64,000 nt of DNA from Acidimicrobiales bacterium (GCA_049437325.1 JBMTIM010000006.1:3453-67452), one strand, 5' to 3'. Positions 34,835-45,568 are shown, numbered from the stretch's first letter. Numbers and translations: made by a program. Notes: generated from the sequence alone by a model not told the origin.

Positions 34835-35518
34835 TCACCGCTCTTGGTCACGCAGTGTGGCCAAGACGACCCCCGCCGCAATCGCAGCGGTCTCAGCCCG
34901 CAAGACAGCCGTCGACAGTCCGACAACTGGCAGGTCCACTGCGCGCTCAGCGTCGCTCCACCCTCCCTCGGGGCCGACGAGGACGGTGGGATGTGCCAAC
35001 GAGACTGCGCCACCACCCCGGTCGGCACGGGCAGCGCTCGGCAGCGCCGCAATCATCTCGAAGTCCACCACCGGGTGGATCGTTGGCAGCCAGGCACGAC
35101 GGCACTGCATCACCGCCTCGCGGGCGACTCGATCGAGCCGACTCTGGTTCTTCTCCGCCTTCGCTGCGTCCCAATGCACCACCGAGCGCTCGGCCCGAAA
35201 CGGGCGAATGTCGTCGATGCCCACTTCGACGAGCTTCTGCACGACCAACTCAGGGCGTCCCCCCTTGATCAAGGCGAACCCGACCGAGAGACGCGGGGAG
35301 GGGGCCGGGACCGATACGAGGTCGCCCACCGGTTCGATCATGCTCCCGAACCGGCATGGCCGCCATCGCCCCCGACCATCGCCGACCGTCAACGGGTCAC
35401 CATCGCGCAGCCGGAGGACGCGGGAGAGGTGGTGCCGATCGTGGGTGGACAAGGCAGGGTGCTCGACGTCCCCGACGAGCACATGGGGTCCGTGCTGTCC
35501 GTCGGGGGCGTGGCTCAT
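34835..35518 (-). CDS. rsmE: 16S rRNA (uracil1498-N3)-methyltransferase
   Basis: HHLSRVLRLRDGDPLTVGDGRG..., ALIKGGRPELVVQKLVEVGI and VGPEGGWS match RsmE. The start is at MSHAPDG. The track's 193-codon upstream extension overlaps dnaJ. Confidence 0.85.
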   Translation of the reverse strand: MSHAPDGQHGPHVLVGDVEHPALSTHDRHHLSRVLRLRDGDPLTVGDGRGRWRPCRFGSMIEPVGDLVSVPAPSPRLSVGFALIKGGRPELVVQKLVEVGIDDIRPFRAERSVVHWDAAKAEKNQSRLDRVAREAVMQCRRAWLPTIHPVVDFEMIAALPSAARADRGGGAVSLAHPTVLVGPEGGWSDAERAVDLPVVGLSTAVLRAETAAIAAGVVLATLRDQER

Positions 35519-35531
35519 CGCACCGACAGAC

Positions 35532-36635
35532 TCACGAGAACGCCGATTTGATTCGACCCAACAGGCTCTGGTCCGGTTCGGCGACAGCCTCACTGCGCTG
35601 CTCGGCGAACTCACGCAAGAGGGCCTCCTCCTCGTCGGTGAGTTTGTCGGGAACATCGATGAAGATGCGAACCCGAAGATCACCGCGACCTCGGCCCCGC
35701 ACGTGCGGCACCCCTCTGCCCCGCATTCGGAACTCGGTTCCCGATTCTGTCGAACGCGGAACGACCAGATCCTCGATGCCGTCGAGCGTCTCGTACTCGA
35801 TGTGAGCGCCGAGCACAGCCTGCGTGAACGGAATGTAGAAGTCGTGGACCAGGTCGTTTCCCTCACGGCGGAACCTCGGGTGAGGTCGAACTCGGACCTG
35901 TACATACAGGTCACCGTGGGCGCCGCCGCGGGGACCGGCAGCGCCGCGGCCCGAGAGTCGCAGCGTCGTCCCGTTGTCGACCCCGGGTGGGACCTCCACT
36001 GCGTAGGTCCGATCCTCGATCGTGCGCCCATTGGCATCGCAGGTCGTGCACGGGTCGTCGATGACCTGGCCCAGTCCACCGCAGCGCCCGCAGGCACTGG
36101 CCGTCACCATCTGACCCAGTACCGACTGTCGGACGCGGCGAACCTGGCCAGCCCCTCCGCACTCGCTGCACTGCGACGGAGCAGAACCCGCTTCTGCGCC
36201 AGAGCCGTCACAGTCCTCGCAGCGGACCGCAGTGCGAACCGTGACCTCGTGGTCGCCTCCGAACACCACTTCCTCGAGATCGAGGTCGACATGCGCTTCG
36301 AGATCTTCCCCTCGGGGCGGACCCGCGTGGCCCCGACCTGAACCGCCAAACGGTGAGCCACCCCCGAAGAACGCCTCGAAGATGTCACCGAGCCCACCAC
36401 CAAAGGGCTCTGCCGGAGGACCGTCGTCGCCGTAGCGGTCGTACATCGCGCGACGCTGCGGATCGCGGAGTACCTCGTAGGCGGCCCCGATCTGCTTGAA
36501 CGTCGCCTCAGCCTCCCCATCACCGGGATTGAGGTCGGGGTGGTGGGTCCGAGCCAACTTCTTGTAGGCACGCTTGATCTCGTCGTCGGTGGCGTCGCGC
36601 GAGACCCCCAAGGTCTCGTAGTGGTCGGTCGCCAT
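35532..36635 (-). CDS. dnaJ: molecular chaperone DnaJ
   Basis: J domain DHYETLGVSRDATDDEIKRAYKKLARTHHPD, a G/F region, and four CxxCxGxG zinc-finger repeats. Confidence 0.95.
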   Translation of the reverse strand: MATDHYETLGVSRDATDDEIKRAYKKLARTHHPDLNPGDGEAEATFKQIGAAYEVLRDPQRRAMYDRYGDDGPPAEPFGGGLGDIFEAFFGGGSPFGGSGRGHAGPPRGEDLEAHVDLDLEEVVFGGDHEVTVRTAVRCEDCDGSGAEAGSAPSQCSECGGAGQVRRVRQSVLGQMVTASACGRCGGLGQVIDDPCTTCDANGRTIEDRTYAVEVPPGVDNGTTLRLSGRGAAGPRGGAHGDLYVQVRVRPHPRFRREGNDLVHDFYIPFTQAVLGAHIEYETLDGIEDLVVPRSTESGTEFRMRGRGVPHVRGRGRGDLRVRIFIDVPDKLTDEEEALLREFAEQRSEAVAEPDQSLLGRIKSAFS

Positions 36636-37633
36636 CAGCCCTCGTTCAATTCGTGTTCGAGTCGCTTGCTCACCACGGCCACCGCCGACAGCGCCTGCGA
36701 GTAGTCCATTCTGGTCGGGCCCAGCACACCGATGGTGCCAGCGGCATCGCCTTCCACCACGAACGGGGCAATGACGAGCGAACAGTCGGTGAGTGGCTCG
36801 ACCCCGGTTTCGTTGCCGATCGCAACCCGCATCCCTCGATCGAGCACATTTCGGATGAGTGACACCACGACGATCTGCTCCTCGAGAATGGTGAGCACGT
36901 CGCGCACCTGATCGACGGCCTCGAACGCCCCGGCGAGCCGCGAAGCACCACCGACGTAGAGCTCGGCTCGACGTCCCGCTGCACTCAGAGCAGCAACTGC
37001 CGCGTCGAGCAGCGGGTCTGCGTCGGCCGACGCACCGATATCGGTGCCGCCGAGTTCGTGCAGCGTCTTGCCCTCGACCGCACGGGTGAGTCGGCGCCCG
37101 GCATCATCGACGATCGCTGCCGTGAGTTCGGTCTCCACCTCGACCGTGCGCTTCTCGATCACACCGTTGGACAACACAGCGACGACCATTGCGACATGGC
37201 TCGACAGATCGATGAGTTGCACGCTGCGGACCGTGGCCTGTTCGGCCGAAGGTCCGACGACGACCGCGGTCCAGTCGGTCAAACGGGTGAGGAGGTCACT
37301 CGTGCGCTCCATCATTGCTTCGATCTGCCCATGGGCCCCGTTGAAGAAGTCCCGAACCGCCTGTGGTTCGCTCGAGGTGACACCCGACTCGTCGTTGCGG
37401 AGCCGGTCGACGAAAAACCGATAGCCCTTGTCGGTCGGAATCCGGCCGGCCGATGTGTGGGGCTGGGCCAGGTACCCGGCCTCCTCGAGCGCTGCCATCT
37501 CGTTGCGCACCGTGGCAGACGAAACCTCGACACCGGGTGCCGTTGCGATCCGACCCGAACCAACAGGTTGAGCGGTCCCGATGTACTCCTGGACGACCGC
37601 CGACAAGATCGCTGCTTTGCGCTCGTCGAGCAT
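36635..37633 (-). CDS. hrcA: heat-inducible transcription repressor HrcA
   Basis: MLDERKAAILSAVVQEYIGTAQPVGSGRIA...SSATVRNEMAALEEAGYLAQPHTSAGRIPT matches HrcA. The gene lies immediately upstream of dnaJ. Confidence 0.93.
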   Translation of the reverse strand: MLDERKAAILSAVVQEYIGTAQPVGSGRIATAPGVEVSSATVRNEMAALEEAGYLAQPHTSAGRIPTDKGYRFFVDRLRNDESGVTSSEPQAVRDFFNGAHGQIEAMMERTSDLLTRLTDWTAVVVGPSAEQATVRSVQLIDLSSHVAMVVAVLSNGVIEKRTVEVETELTAAIVDDAGRRLTRAVEGKTLHELGGTDIGASADADPLLDAAVAALSAAGRRAELYVGGASRLAGAFEAVDQVRDVLTILEEQIVVVSLIRNVLDRGMRVAIGNETGVEPLTDCSLVIAPFVVEGDAAGTIGVLGPTRMDYSQALSAVAVVSKRLEHELNEG

Positions 37634-37841
37634 GTGCCCATTATCGCCGCCGGCCCTCTGCTTTGCGATCCGGGGCGGGACCAATTTCTCTGCCGGGGAC
37701 GACCGGCACCACTCACAAGAATGCAGCACCGAGTTCGGTTACCGTCGAGAGATGGGCACAGATGGTGGCGGGTTCTGACCGACCCTCACCCGGCCACAGG
37801 GAAGATTCCCATCCAGCGCAGTCCTGGAAACGCAGGAGTGA

Positions 37842-39626
37842 TCAGTCGTCGAGTTGCAGCGCAGAGATGAAGGCTTCTTGCGGAATATCGACCCGGCCGA
37901 TCGACTTCATCCGCTTCTTGCCCTCTTTCTGTTTGTTGAGCAGCTTGTTCTTGCGAGTGACGTCGCCGCCGTACAGCTTGGCGGTGACGTCTTTGCGGTA
38001 GGCCTTGACGTTGGTGCGGGCAATGATCTTGCCGCCGATGGCGGCCTGAATGGGAACCTCGAAGTTCTGGCGCGGAATCAATTCTTTGAGTTTGTCGGCC
38101 ATCTTCTTGCCGTAGTCGTACGCCTTGTCGTGGTGCACGATCGTGCTGAACGCATCGACGGGGTCGCCGTGAAGAAGGATGTCGACTTTGACCAGCTTGT
38201 CGACGGTGTACCCGTCTTGCTCGTAGTCGAGTGACGCGTAGCCCTGTGTGCGGCTCTTGAGCTGGTCGAAGAAGTCGATGACGACCTCGGCGAGCGGGAG
38301 GCGGTAGTGGAGTTCGACTCGTTCGGGTGACAAGTACTCCATCTTCACCATTTCGCCCCGGCGTGTCTGGCAGAGATCCATGACCGTCCCGGTGTACTCA
38401 GACGGCGTGAGAATGCTCGCTCTGAGGTACGGCTCGGCAATGGCAGTGATCTCCGCGGCCGGTGGCATCTCGGACGGGTTCGAGACCTCGATGGTGGTTC
38501 CGTCACCCCGCGTGATGTGGTACTCGACGGAGGGAGCGGTGGAGATCAACGAGAGGCCGAACTCGCGCTCGATGCGTTCGCGGACGATCTCCATGTGGAG
38601 CAGGCCGAGGAAACCGCAGCGGAAGCCGAAGCCGAGCGCACCCGACGTCTCGGGCTCGAACGTGAACGAACTGTCGTTGAGGCGCAGCTTCTCGAGCGCC
38701 TCGCGCAAGTCGGTGAATTCGTCACCGTCGATCGGGTACAAGCCCGAAAAGACCATCGGCTTGGGTTCCTGGTAGCCATCGAGAGGCTCCAGAGCACCGC
38801 CTTTGTCGGTGGTCACGGTTTCACCAGACTTGGCTTCCCCCACGTCCTTGATCCCGGCGATGAGGTACCCGGTCTCGCCGGGACCGAGCGCGTCGACCGG
38901 CACGTTGTCCGGTGTGCGCACACCGATCTCGTCGGGCTGGTGAGACGTCCCAGCCTGCATGAAGCGGAGCTTGTCCTTGGTCCGCATCACACCGTTGACC
39001 ACCCGGATCGACGACACGACGCCGCGGTACTGGTCGAAGTGCGAGTCGAAGATGAGCGCTTGGAGCGGCCCGTCGGGATCCCCCTCGGGTGGCGGCGTGA
39101 AGTCGACCACGGCATTCAGCAATTCGGCCACCCCCTCCCCCGTCTTGGCCGAGATGCGCAGAATGTCGTCGGCTGGGATGCCGAGCACGTTCTCGATCTC
39201 GGCGGCGTAGCGATCGGGTTCGGCCGCCGGCAGATCGATCTTGTTGAGGCAGGCGACGATCTCGAGATCGTTCTCCATCGCCAAATAGCAATTCGCCAGG
39301 GTCTGGGCCTCGATGCCCTGCGCTGCGTCGACCACGAGGATGACGCTCTCACAGGCGGCGAGCGATCGACTGACCTCATAGCCGAAGTCGACATGCCCAG
39401 GCGTGTCGATCAGGTTGACCACGTGGTCGTTCCAGTCGAGGCGGACCGACTGGAGCTTGATCGTGATCCCCCGCTCACGTTCCAAATCCATCGAATCGAG
39501 GTATTGGGCGCGCATGTCACGAGCCTCGACAGCCCCGGTCAACTCGAGCATGCGATCGGCGAGGGTGGACTTGCCATGATCGATATGGGCGATGATCGAC
39601 GTGTTGCGAATGCGTTCGAGTTCCAT
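37842..39626 (-). CDS. lepA: translation elongation factor 4
   Basis: [28 protein letters not shown], and the LepA-specific C-terminal domain. Confidence 0.97.
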   Translation of the reverse strand: MELERIRNTSIIAHIDHGKSTLADRMLELTGAVEARDMRAQYLDSMDLERERGITIKLQSVRLDWNDHVVNLIDTPGHVDFGYEVSRSLAACESVILVVDAAQGIEAQTLANCYLAMENDLEIVACLNKIDLPAAEPDRYAAEIENVLGIPADDILRISAKTGEGVAELLNAVVDFTPPPEGDPDGPLQALIFDSHFDQYRGVVSSIRVVNGVMRTKDKLRFMQAGTSHQPDEIGVRTPDNVPVDALGPGETGYLIAGIKDVGEAKSGETVTTDKGGALEPLDGYQEPKPMVFSGLYPIDGDEFTDLREALEKLRLNDSSFTFEPETSGALGFGFRCGFLGLLHMEIVRERIEREFGLSLISTAPSVEYHITRGDGTTIEVSNPSEMPPAAEITAIAEPYLRASILTPSEYTGTVMDLCQTRRGEMVKMEYLSPERVELHYRLPLAEVVIDFFDQLKSRTQGYASLDYEQDGYTVDKLVKVDILLHGDPVDAFSTIVHHDKAYDYGKKMADKLKELIPRQNFEVPIQAAIGGKIIARTNVKAYRKDVTAKLYGGDVTRKNKLLNKQKEGKKRMKSIGRVDIPQEAFISALQLDD

Positions 39627-39793
39627 GGGCTCCTTTGCGCCGCTGGCGCAGATGCTCTCCGTTGCGCCGTCGACGGTCAGGGGGGACAGCCCCCAAAGCT
39701 ACCGACGTTCGGGTGCGATCAGTGGCTGTGCCCCGATAGCCTTCGGACCTCGCGGATTCATCTGTCCGCTCCGTTGTTCTCAGGTAGGTAGTC

Positions 39794-40048
39794 GTGGCCA
39801 ACATCAAGTCGCAGATCAAGCGCAATCGTCAGACCGTGAAGCGAAACCTCGCCAACCGCAAGGTGCGAAGCGAGATTCACACACGTACCCGAGCTGCCAA
39901 TGCTGCCGTTGCCGAGGGAGCGGACAACGCCGAAGAACTCGTTCGCGCCGCGATCTCCCGCATCGACAAGGCCGCTGCGAACGGTGTCATGCACAAGAAC
40001 AAGGCTGCCCGCAAGAAGAGCCAGCTGGCCAAGCAGCTCAGCAGCTGA
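39794..40048 (+). CDS. rpsT: 30S ribosomal protein S20
   Basis: MANIKSQIKRNRQTVKRNLANR... is a basic 84-aa protein. It is divergent from lepA, as in many bacteria. Confidence 0.93.
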   Translation: MANIKSQIKRNRQTVKRNLANRKVRSEIHTRTRAANAAVAEGADNAEELVRAAISRIDKAAANGVMHKNKAARKKSQLAKQLSS

Positions 40049-40124
40049 CCCGGCAGCCGCAAGCGCCTTCGAGCACCTGATCTCCACCGCCGCCACCACA
40101 CATTCGTGGTGTCACCGCTGCGTC

Positions 40125-41159
40125 CTAGCGCCGGCTGAGGTTCGCCAAGCGAGCCACAAGCACTTCCATCACCAATTCGGGGGGCCAGTCTTTGGTTCCC
40201 CGTAGGTCGAGATCGGCCTCGGCGAGCAGTTCGATCGCTCGGGCGAGCTTCTCGGTGCCGAGCTTGCGACCCTGCTGCATCGCCTTCTTGGCCGGAAATG
40301 TCGATCCCTTCATTCCGAGCAGCTGAGCCGCGGCCTTTTCGTCGCGGACATCGGCACCATCGAGACGCAACATGTTGCTGTACCGCCGGTGCAGCACTGC
40401 CGTGAGCCTGAAGGCAGCGCCATTGCGATCGGTTGGTGACCCGGCAGAGGGAATCAGCCGGGGTAGCAGTTGCAGCGCAGCAGCGACGTCTCCCCTGTCG
40501 ATCGCATCGTCGAGCGCCCATGGAACCGTTGCGCCAGCCTCGCCGCCGAAGGTGACCACGTCGTCGACGCTGACCGTGGCGTCGGCACCGAGCGCTCCTT
40601 CGAGGGTTCGCACGAGGCCGACGACTCGGCTCCGATCCTCGCCCAGCAGTTCTTCGATCGCCGCAACCGCAGGTCGTTCGAACTGCAACGAGCTCGATCC
40701 GAGCTGGTCGCGCAACCAGTCCCCCGCTGCCTTGCCCTTGGGAGCAGCCGTCTGCTGGACCAGTGCGCCGGCGACCTCGGCTGCCTCTTTGATGGCCTTC
40801 GGAAGTGACGGCATCCGCTCGACCTTCGGATCGACACCCTTTTCCCACACCAGCACGAGGTCCGTCGTCTCGAGTGGCTCGGCCAGCAGATCGACGATCG
40901 GCAGATAGTCGTCTTTTTTCGAAAAACGGCTCAGGTGACGGCCGACCACCACCCGACGGTCGGTCAAGAACGGAGGCGTCCGAACGGCATCGAGCACCTT
41001 GGCGGGTTCGTAGCCCCCGCTGTCGTTTCGGTAATCGGCCTCGGTGAGCGTTTCGAGCATGAGGCTGCGGTCGCCGCTTCCCACCAGTTCGTCGACGGCC
41101 GCGATGACTGCCTCGCCGACAAGAACAGGATCGTCACCAATGATCAGTCGCAGGGCCAC
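40125..41159 (-). CDS. holA: DNA polymerase III subunit delta
   Basis: Length and pattern fit: N-terminal LIIGDDPVL..., C-terminal helical domain. It lies in the region downstream of comEC, which is the typical position. Confidence 0.8.
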   Translation of the reverse strand: MALRLIIGDDPVLVGEAVIAAVDELVGSGDRSLMLETLTEADYRNDSGGYEPAKVLDAVRTPPFLTDRRVVVGRHLSRFSKKDDYLPIVDLLAEPLETTDLVLVWEKGVDPKVERMPSLPKAIKEAAEVAGALVQQTAAPKGKAAGDWLRDQLGSSSLQFERPAVAAIEELLGEDRSRVVGLVRTLEGALGADATVSVDDVVTFGGEAGATVPWALDDAIDRGDVAAALQLLPRLIPSAGSPTDRNGAAFRLTAVLHRRYSNMLRLDGADVRDEKAAAQLLGMKGSTFPAKKAMQQGRKLGTEKLARAIELLAEADLDLRGTKDWPPELVMEVLVARLANLSRR

Positions 41160-41163
41160 GTGA

Positions 41164-42000
41164 TCAGTGTCGCCGATGCTGCAGCACAGCGCTCATCGTG
41201 TCGGCCAGACGACGGTTGCCCTTCACGTCGTGCGCACGCAGAATCCGGCAGCCGAGCGCGATCCCCAGGGCATGAGCACCGAAGGTGACCTCGCGTCGGT
41301 CGTCGACCTCGGTGCCCACAAGCTCACCGAGGAAGCCCTTGTTCGATGCAGAGAGAAAAACTGGAAAGCCGAGCGCAACCAGATCGTCGCTGTGGTGGAG
41401 CAACTCGGTCGACATCATCGGGGTTTTTCCCAAGTCGAGACCGGCATCGACCATGATCCGCTCACGAGCAACCCCGGCGGCTCGCGCCTGCTCCGCCCGC
41501 ACCCGCAGGAAGTCGGTGACCTCGCGGCGCACGTCGCCGTAGATCGGATGCGGATCGGGGATACGGGGGCCGATCCGAACGTGGGTCGCAACAACCGATG
41601 CACCATGGCGGACAGCCACAGGAAGGAAGTCTGGATCGGCAAACCCACTGATGTCGTTCCCGATGCACGCACCGGCCCGGCACGATTCGTCGAAGACCGA
41701 GGCGCGGAACGTGTCGACCGAGATCGGCAGGTCGAATCGGGACCGGAGCGCCTCGACTGCAGGGACGACTCGGTCCAACTCCTCTTGCACAGTGACTTCA
41801 GGACCGGGTCCGGCCTTCGAACCTCCGACGTCGAGGAAGTCCGCGCCCTCGTCGACGAGTTGCTCAGCCTTGGCGAGAAAGTCGTCGAACGCCCAGTACT
41901 GACCGCCGTCGTAGAAGGAATCCGGCGTGCGGTTGAGAATGCCCATCACGAGCGCCCGCGTCGTGATGTCGAACCGGGTGGTGCCGAGATCCACGAACAT
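41164..42000 (-). CDS. folP: dihydropteroate synthase family protein
   Basis: VMGILNRTPDSFYDGG, DFLDVGG and ISVDT match the pterin-binding DHPS fold. Confidence 0.88.
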   Translation of the reverse strand: MFVDLGTTRFDITTRALVMGILNRTPDSFYDGGQYWAFDDFLAKAEQLVDEGADFLDVGGSKAGPGPEVTVQEELDRVVPAVEALRSRFDLPISVDTFRASVFDESCRAGACIGNDISGFADPDFLPVAVRHGASVVATHVRIGPRIPDPHPIYGDVRREVTDFLRVRAEQARAAGVARERIMVDAGLDLGKTPMMSTELLHHSDDLVALGFPVFLSASNKGFLGELVGTEVDDRREVTFGAHALGIALGCRILRAHDVKGNRRLADTMSAVLQHRRH

Positions 42001-42027
42001 CGGCGCCGACCCTAGCGCTTGATCGAA

Positions 42028-43107
42028 TCAGCCGGAGGCTCCACCGAACAACGACATCGGGTCGTCGGCCCCGCCTCCGACAACTGCCCGCAGGTCTGAG
42101 TTGGCGGCACCAGCGAACGAGTCGAGATCGAGTTGAACACGAATCTCGGCGGAGGCCGAGGCCAGACCCTCGTCGATCGGAATGCCGGTGCCGTCGGCCA
42201 CACGGACCAGCCCAGAGAACGCGGCGACGGTTGCCGCTGCCTGCGCAGCGCCATCCATGCCGACGCTTGCGATCAGGGCCCGCCGTGACTCAGCGAGCGG
42301 AGCGCCCCGCACTGCGGCCTCGGCAAAGGCGAGAAGTTCGGCTCCGCCGGCGATTCCGCTCTCGGCTGGATCCCCCGAACCGATGGCCGTGTCGAGATCG
42401 ACCTCGACTTCCATCGCGTCACTGCTCGCACGGAGCAGCGTCGTATGGGCAGTCGTTCAATAGAAACATTCGTTCATCGCTGCCACCCTCGCTGCCACGA
42501 GTTCGACCTGCGGGCGCGACAACGGGGTGGTCCAGACGAGCTCGTCGAACCCTGCGGCCGAGTACATCGGACGCACGAGCGTGTAGAAGGTCGTGTTCGC
42601 GCTCGGTACCTGGCTCAGCGCACGAGCGACATTCGCAAATGGAAACGGTTCGAGCATCTTGACGTGGGCGCCGATGTCTCCGAGTCCGTCCGGGGTCAGG
42701 CGCGACGCCTCACCGGGTGTGGTCGCCGGGCTGATCGGTTCGACGTCGGCACCGACCGCGTCGGCGAAGAGACGCAAGGCAACGGCAACGGCGGTGGTAC
42801 CGACGAGCTCCACGTAGGGACCCTCTCCCAGTTCAGCGATCCGTTCGGCGGCCCACGCCGCATCGACGGATCCCGGCTCACATGCGATGCGATCGATGAC
42901 CGCGCACGCCGACCGCCCAAGGGTGCTGTTCGCAACGGGCAGATCGTGATTCCACGGTGCAACGTGGCGCTGTCGGCTCCGAGCATCGGCTCGCGCGACG
43001 ATCGAGCCGATTGCGTCGGCCTCGAACCACGTACCACTCCTGCCGAGCCGCGTTCGGGTCTCCTCGATTGCATCTGCGTAGTCGGACCCGACCGAGATCA
43101 TGGCCAT
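42028..43107 (-). CDS. AhpD/carboxymuconolactone-decarboxylase-family protein with in-frame UGA (selenocysteine) at 42457..42459
   Basis: Two same-frame ORFs are separated by a single TGA. Read-through gives ...VAAMNECFY-U-TTAHTTLL..., the family redox signature CxxC(x)3H with U in place of the second Cys. The ATG at 43107 is preceded by GGAGG. Confidence 0.7.
42420..42440 (-). promoter_or_regulatory. candidate SECIS hairpin for the AhpD-like UGA
   Basis: On the minus strand, CGCUGCUC-CGUGC-GAGCAGUG forms 8 pairs including one G-U. The stem starts 16 nt after the UGA and the GU-containing apical loop starts 24 nt after it. Confidence 0.45.
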
Positions 43108-44888
43108 GCCACCTCCTCGACCCCATCGTTGCACGGCGTCGTGCCGGCAGGACAGACGACCAAGCGCGCCTCGTCGCCTGGCTGCAGTCGCACGACAAGG
43201 CCAGCGAAACGTCGCACCGTGCCTCTCTGCACCGTCGATGCGCCAGGCACCCGATGCATGGGCGGTGCAAGAATCGTCTCGGTGCCATAGCGATCGACGA
43301 GGGAGACCACGGCGAACGCATCAGCGGCGTCTCCGTCGGTGGCAACAATGGCATCGACCCGTCGAACTCCCGCCTTCCGCACTCGTTCGACGACGTCGTC
43401 GGGCCGGTGCGGGTCGTCGAGCACCAGGACGGTGAACCCACCCGACACAATCGACGTCACCCCTGCTCCGACCAACGATCGGCCTTGGGGTGGCTCCGGG
43501 ACCGCTGCGATCGCAGCGCCGACAACCACACCGAGCGTCGCCAGTGCACACAGCCGACTCCGTCGGCCACCGCAGACGAGGCCGACCACGCCTCCTGCGG
43601 TGACGAGCAACGCCACGGGTCCCAGCATCGCGGCCGGTGCAAGTGCGGACCGGTGGGCCACCCAACGCACCCAGGTGACGAGTGCCTCCGTCGGCCAATG
43701 CACGAGCTCTGCCACCGGTCCGCCGGCAACGCCGGCGAGCAGCCCTGCCGTGCAACCCCACACCATGATCGGACCGGATGCGGGACCGGCCAGAAGGTTG
43801 GCCGGCAGGCTTGCCAGGGGCAGCGGGCCGAAGGTGAACACGAGGAGCGGCGACACCGCCAGTTGGGCTGCGATCGTTGTTGCGGCAGCGGTCCGGACGA
43901 ACGATGGACCCCGCAGCTGAGCAGCAAGCGGTTGCGAACACCAGACGATGCCCGCCGTGGCGGCAACCGACAGACGGAACGCGAGCACGTGGACGAGGAA
44001 GGGATCGATCACGACAAGGGTGGCAACGGCAACCGAGAGTCCGCGCCGCCCGTCGACCGGCGTGCCCATCGCGGCGGCCCCAAGGGCCACCCCTGCCATC
44101 GCAACGGCCCGCAAGACCGACGGTTCGAAGCGGGTGAGCAGCGCGAAGAATGCGAGCGCGCCGAACAGCACGACCAACCGAGAGCCGGGGCGAAAGCGGC
44201 CGACGAGCGGCATCAGCACCGCGATGACGAACGCAACGTTCTGACCCGAAACCACGAGGAGGTGACCGAGACCCGCCGCTCGGAAGTCGTCGGCGGTGAC
44301 CGCCGACTGGGCCCGATCATCACCGATCACCATTCCCAGAAAAATCGCGCGATCGTCGCGGTCGAGCTCCGCTGCGCCATCACCGAGCACGCGCCGCACC
44401 CGATTGGCCATCCGGGCGACAGGAGAGCCGGCTTGGGATCCGAAGATCGCGTCGACACTGATCGTTCCGACCTCGTGCCGCCACCGCGCCCACCCATCTC
44501 GGTCGGTGACGGGGCGGAATCGACCCGCGATCCGAAGTTGCTCACCGGCGAGTGCATCATCGAGGTGACTCGCCACTCGGCCATGCGCAGCAATCGACAC
44601 GCGGTGTCCGTCCCAGCGTGCACCAGCCCGCATCCCGGCAGCCCCGAACGGATGCGGATCGGATGTCAACGTCACCCACGTGTCGACCGGACCGGCGTCG
44701 GGCGGATCGAGGCCCGCAAGGGCCCGGCTACCGAGGAAGGAGCAGAGCACGGCCGCCGCCAGTGCGAACGCAAGCCAGGTGCGCCGGGTCAGCGCCACCA
44801 CCACTGCGATACCAACAACTGCGCCAGGCACCGGCCACATCGCCACCGCACCGACGGTGGCCCCGATCGCCACCGCATGCGCCCTCAC
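43098..44888 (-). CDS. comEC: ComEC/Rec2 family DNA internalisation protein
   Basis: Polytopic competence domain (GLGHLLVVSGQNVAF). It lies directly downstream of comEA with a 4-nt overlap. Confidence 0.85.
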   Translation of the reverse strand: MRAHAVAIGATVGAVAMWPVPGAVVGIAVVVALTRRTWLAFALAAAVLCSFLGSRALAGLDPPDAGPVDTWVTLTSDPHPFGAAGMRAGARWDGHRVSIAAHGRVASHLDDALAGEQLRIAGRFRPVTDRDGWARWRHEVGTISVDAIFGSQAGSPVARMANRVRRVLGDGAAELDRDDRAIFLGMVIGDDRAQSAVTADDFRAAGLGHLLVVSGQNVAFVIAVLMPLVGRFRPGSRLVVLFGALAFFALLTRFEPSVLRAVAMAGVALGAAAMGTPVDGRRGLSVAVATLVVIDPFLVHVLAFRLSVAATAGIVWCSQPLAAQLRGPSFVRTAAATTIAAQLAVSPLLVFTFGPLPLASLPANLLAGPASGPIMVWGCTAGLLAGVAGGPVAELVHWPTEALVTWVRWVAHRSALAPAAMLGPVALLVTAGGVVGLVCGGRRSRLCALATLGVVVGAAIAAVPEPPQGRSLVGAGVTSIVSGGFTVLVLDDPHRPDDVVERVRKAGVRRVDAIVATDGDAADAFAVVSLVDRYGTETILAPPMHRVPGASTVQRGTVRRFAGLVVRLQPGDEARLVVCPAGTTPCNDGVEEVAWP

Positions 44889-45568
44889 GGGCGGACAAGG
44901 TCACGAATGGCCTCGAGCTTCACCGGACCGATCCCGGCCACCTCGAGGAGATCTTCGACGGTGCGAAACGATCCCTCTCTGTCACGGTGTTCGACGATCG
45001 CTGCCGCAAGGGCCGGCCCGATTCCGGGGAGCGTCTCCAGTTGCGCGACGCTTGCTCGAGAAAGAACGATCAACCCGGTGGTGTTTCCGTCTGCGAAGGC
45101 GCCCGACGTGCCTGCCCCACCGGTCACCACATCCGGTGCCGCCTCACCGATCAGTGGGATCCAGATCCGCTGACCGTCCGCCACCTGCTGGGCCAGATTG
45201 ACCCGACTCCGATCGGCGTTGTTGCCCAAGCCGCCCGCTGCTTCGACGGCATCGATGACTCTGCTCCCGACCGTCACCTCATGGACCCCAGGTCGCACCA
45301 CAGCTCCGTCGACATGAACAACCACCACAGCTGGCCCAGAGGTGGTGGATGACGAGAGCGCAGGGACATCGGCGACCATCGGCAGCACCGTTTCGACCGG
45401 TGGTGGCGGTGGTCGAAGCGCCCACCATGCCCCAAGGCCGACGGCAAGCACGCCAACGGCCCCGATGGCAACACTCGCAGGCCGGAGCCCGAGGCGGTCG
45501 GCGAGCAGTACCGGCGCGCGACGCCACGAGAAGTCGTCGAATTCGAAATGGTCGTCAGCGTCCAACAC
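44885..45568 (-). CDS. comEA: ComEA family DNA-binding protein
   Basis: One N-terminal TM, a SLBB-like middle region, and C-terminal helix-hairpin-helix LETLPGIGPALAAAIVEHR...LLEVAGIGPVKLEAI. Confidence 0.85.
   Translation of the reverse strand: MLDADDHFEFDDFSWRRAPVLLADRLGLRPASVAIGAVGVLAVGLGAWWALRPPPPPVETVLPMVADVPALSSSTTSGPAVVVVHVDGAVVRPGVHEVTVGSRVIDAVEAAGGLGNNADRSRVNLAQQVADGQRIWIPLIGEAAPDVVTGGAGTSGAFADGNTTGLIVLSRASVAQLETLPGIGPALAAAIVEHRDREGSFRTVEDLLEVAGIGPVKLEAIRDLVRP

Noticed and set aside
37634-37841. CIRCE operator (TTAGCACTC-N9-GAGTGCTAA) expected upstream of hrcA.
   Set aside because: I scanned the 208-bp upstream region on both strands. The closest string (GGTGCTGC-N9-AGTGGTGCC) is not an inverted repeat and matches the consensus poorly.
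40094-40111. Hairpin CACCAC-N6-GTGGTG between rpsT and holA as a bidirectional terminator.
   Set aside because: It has only a 6-bp stem and no U tract on either strand, which is too weak to call.
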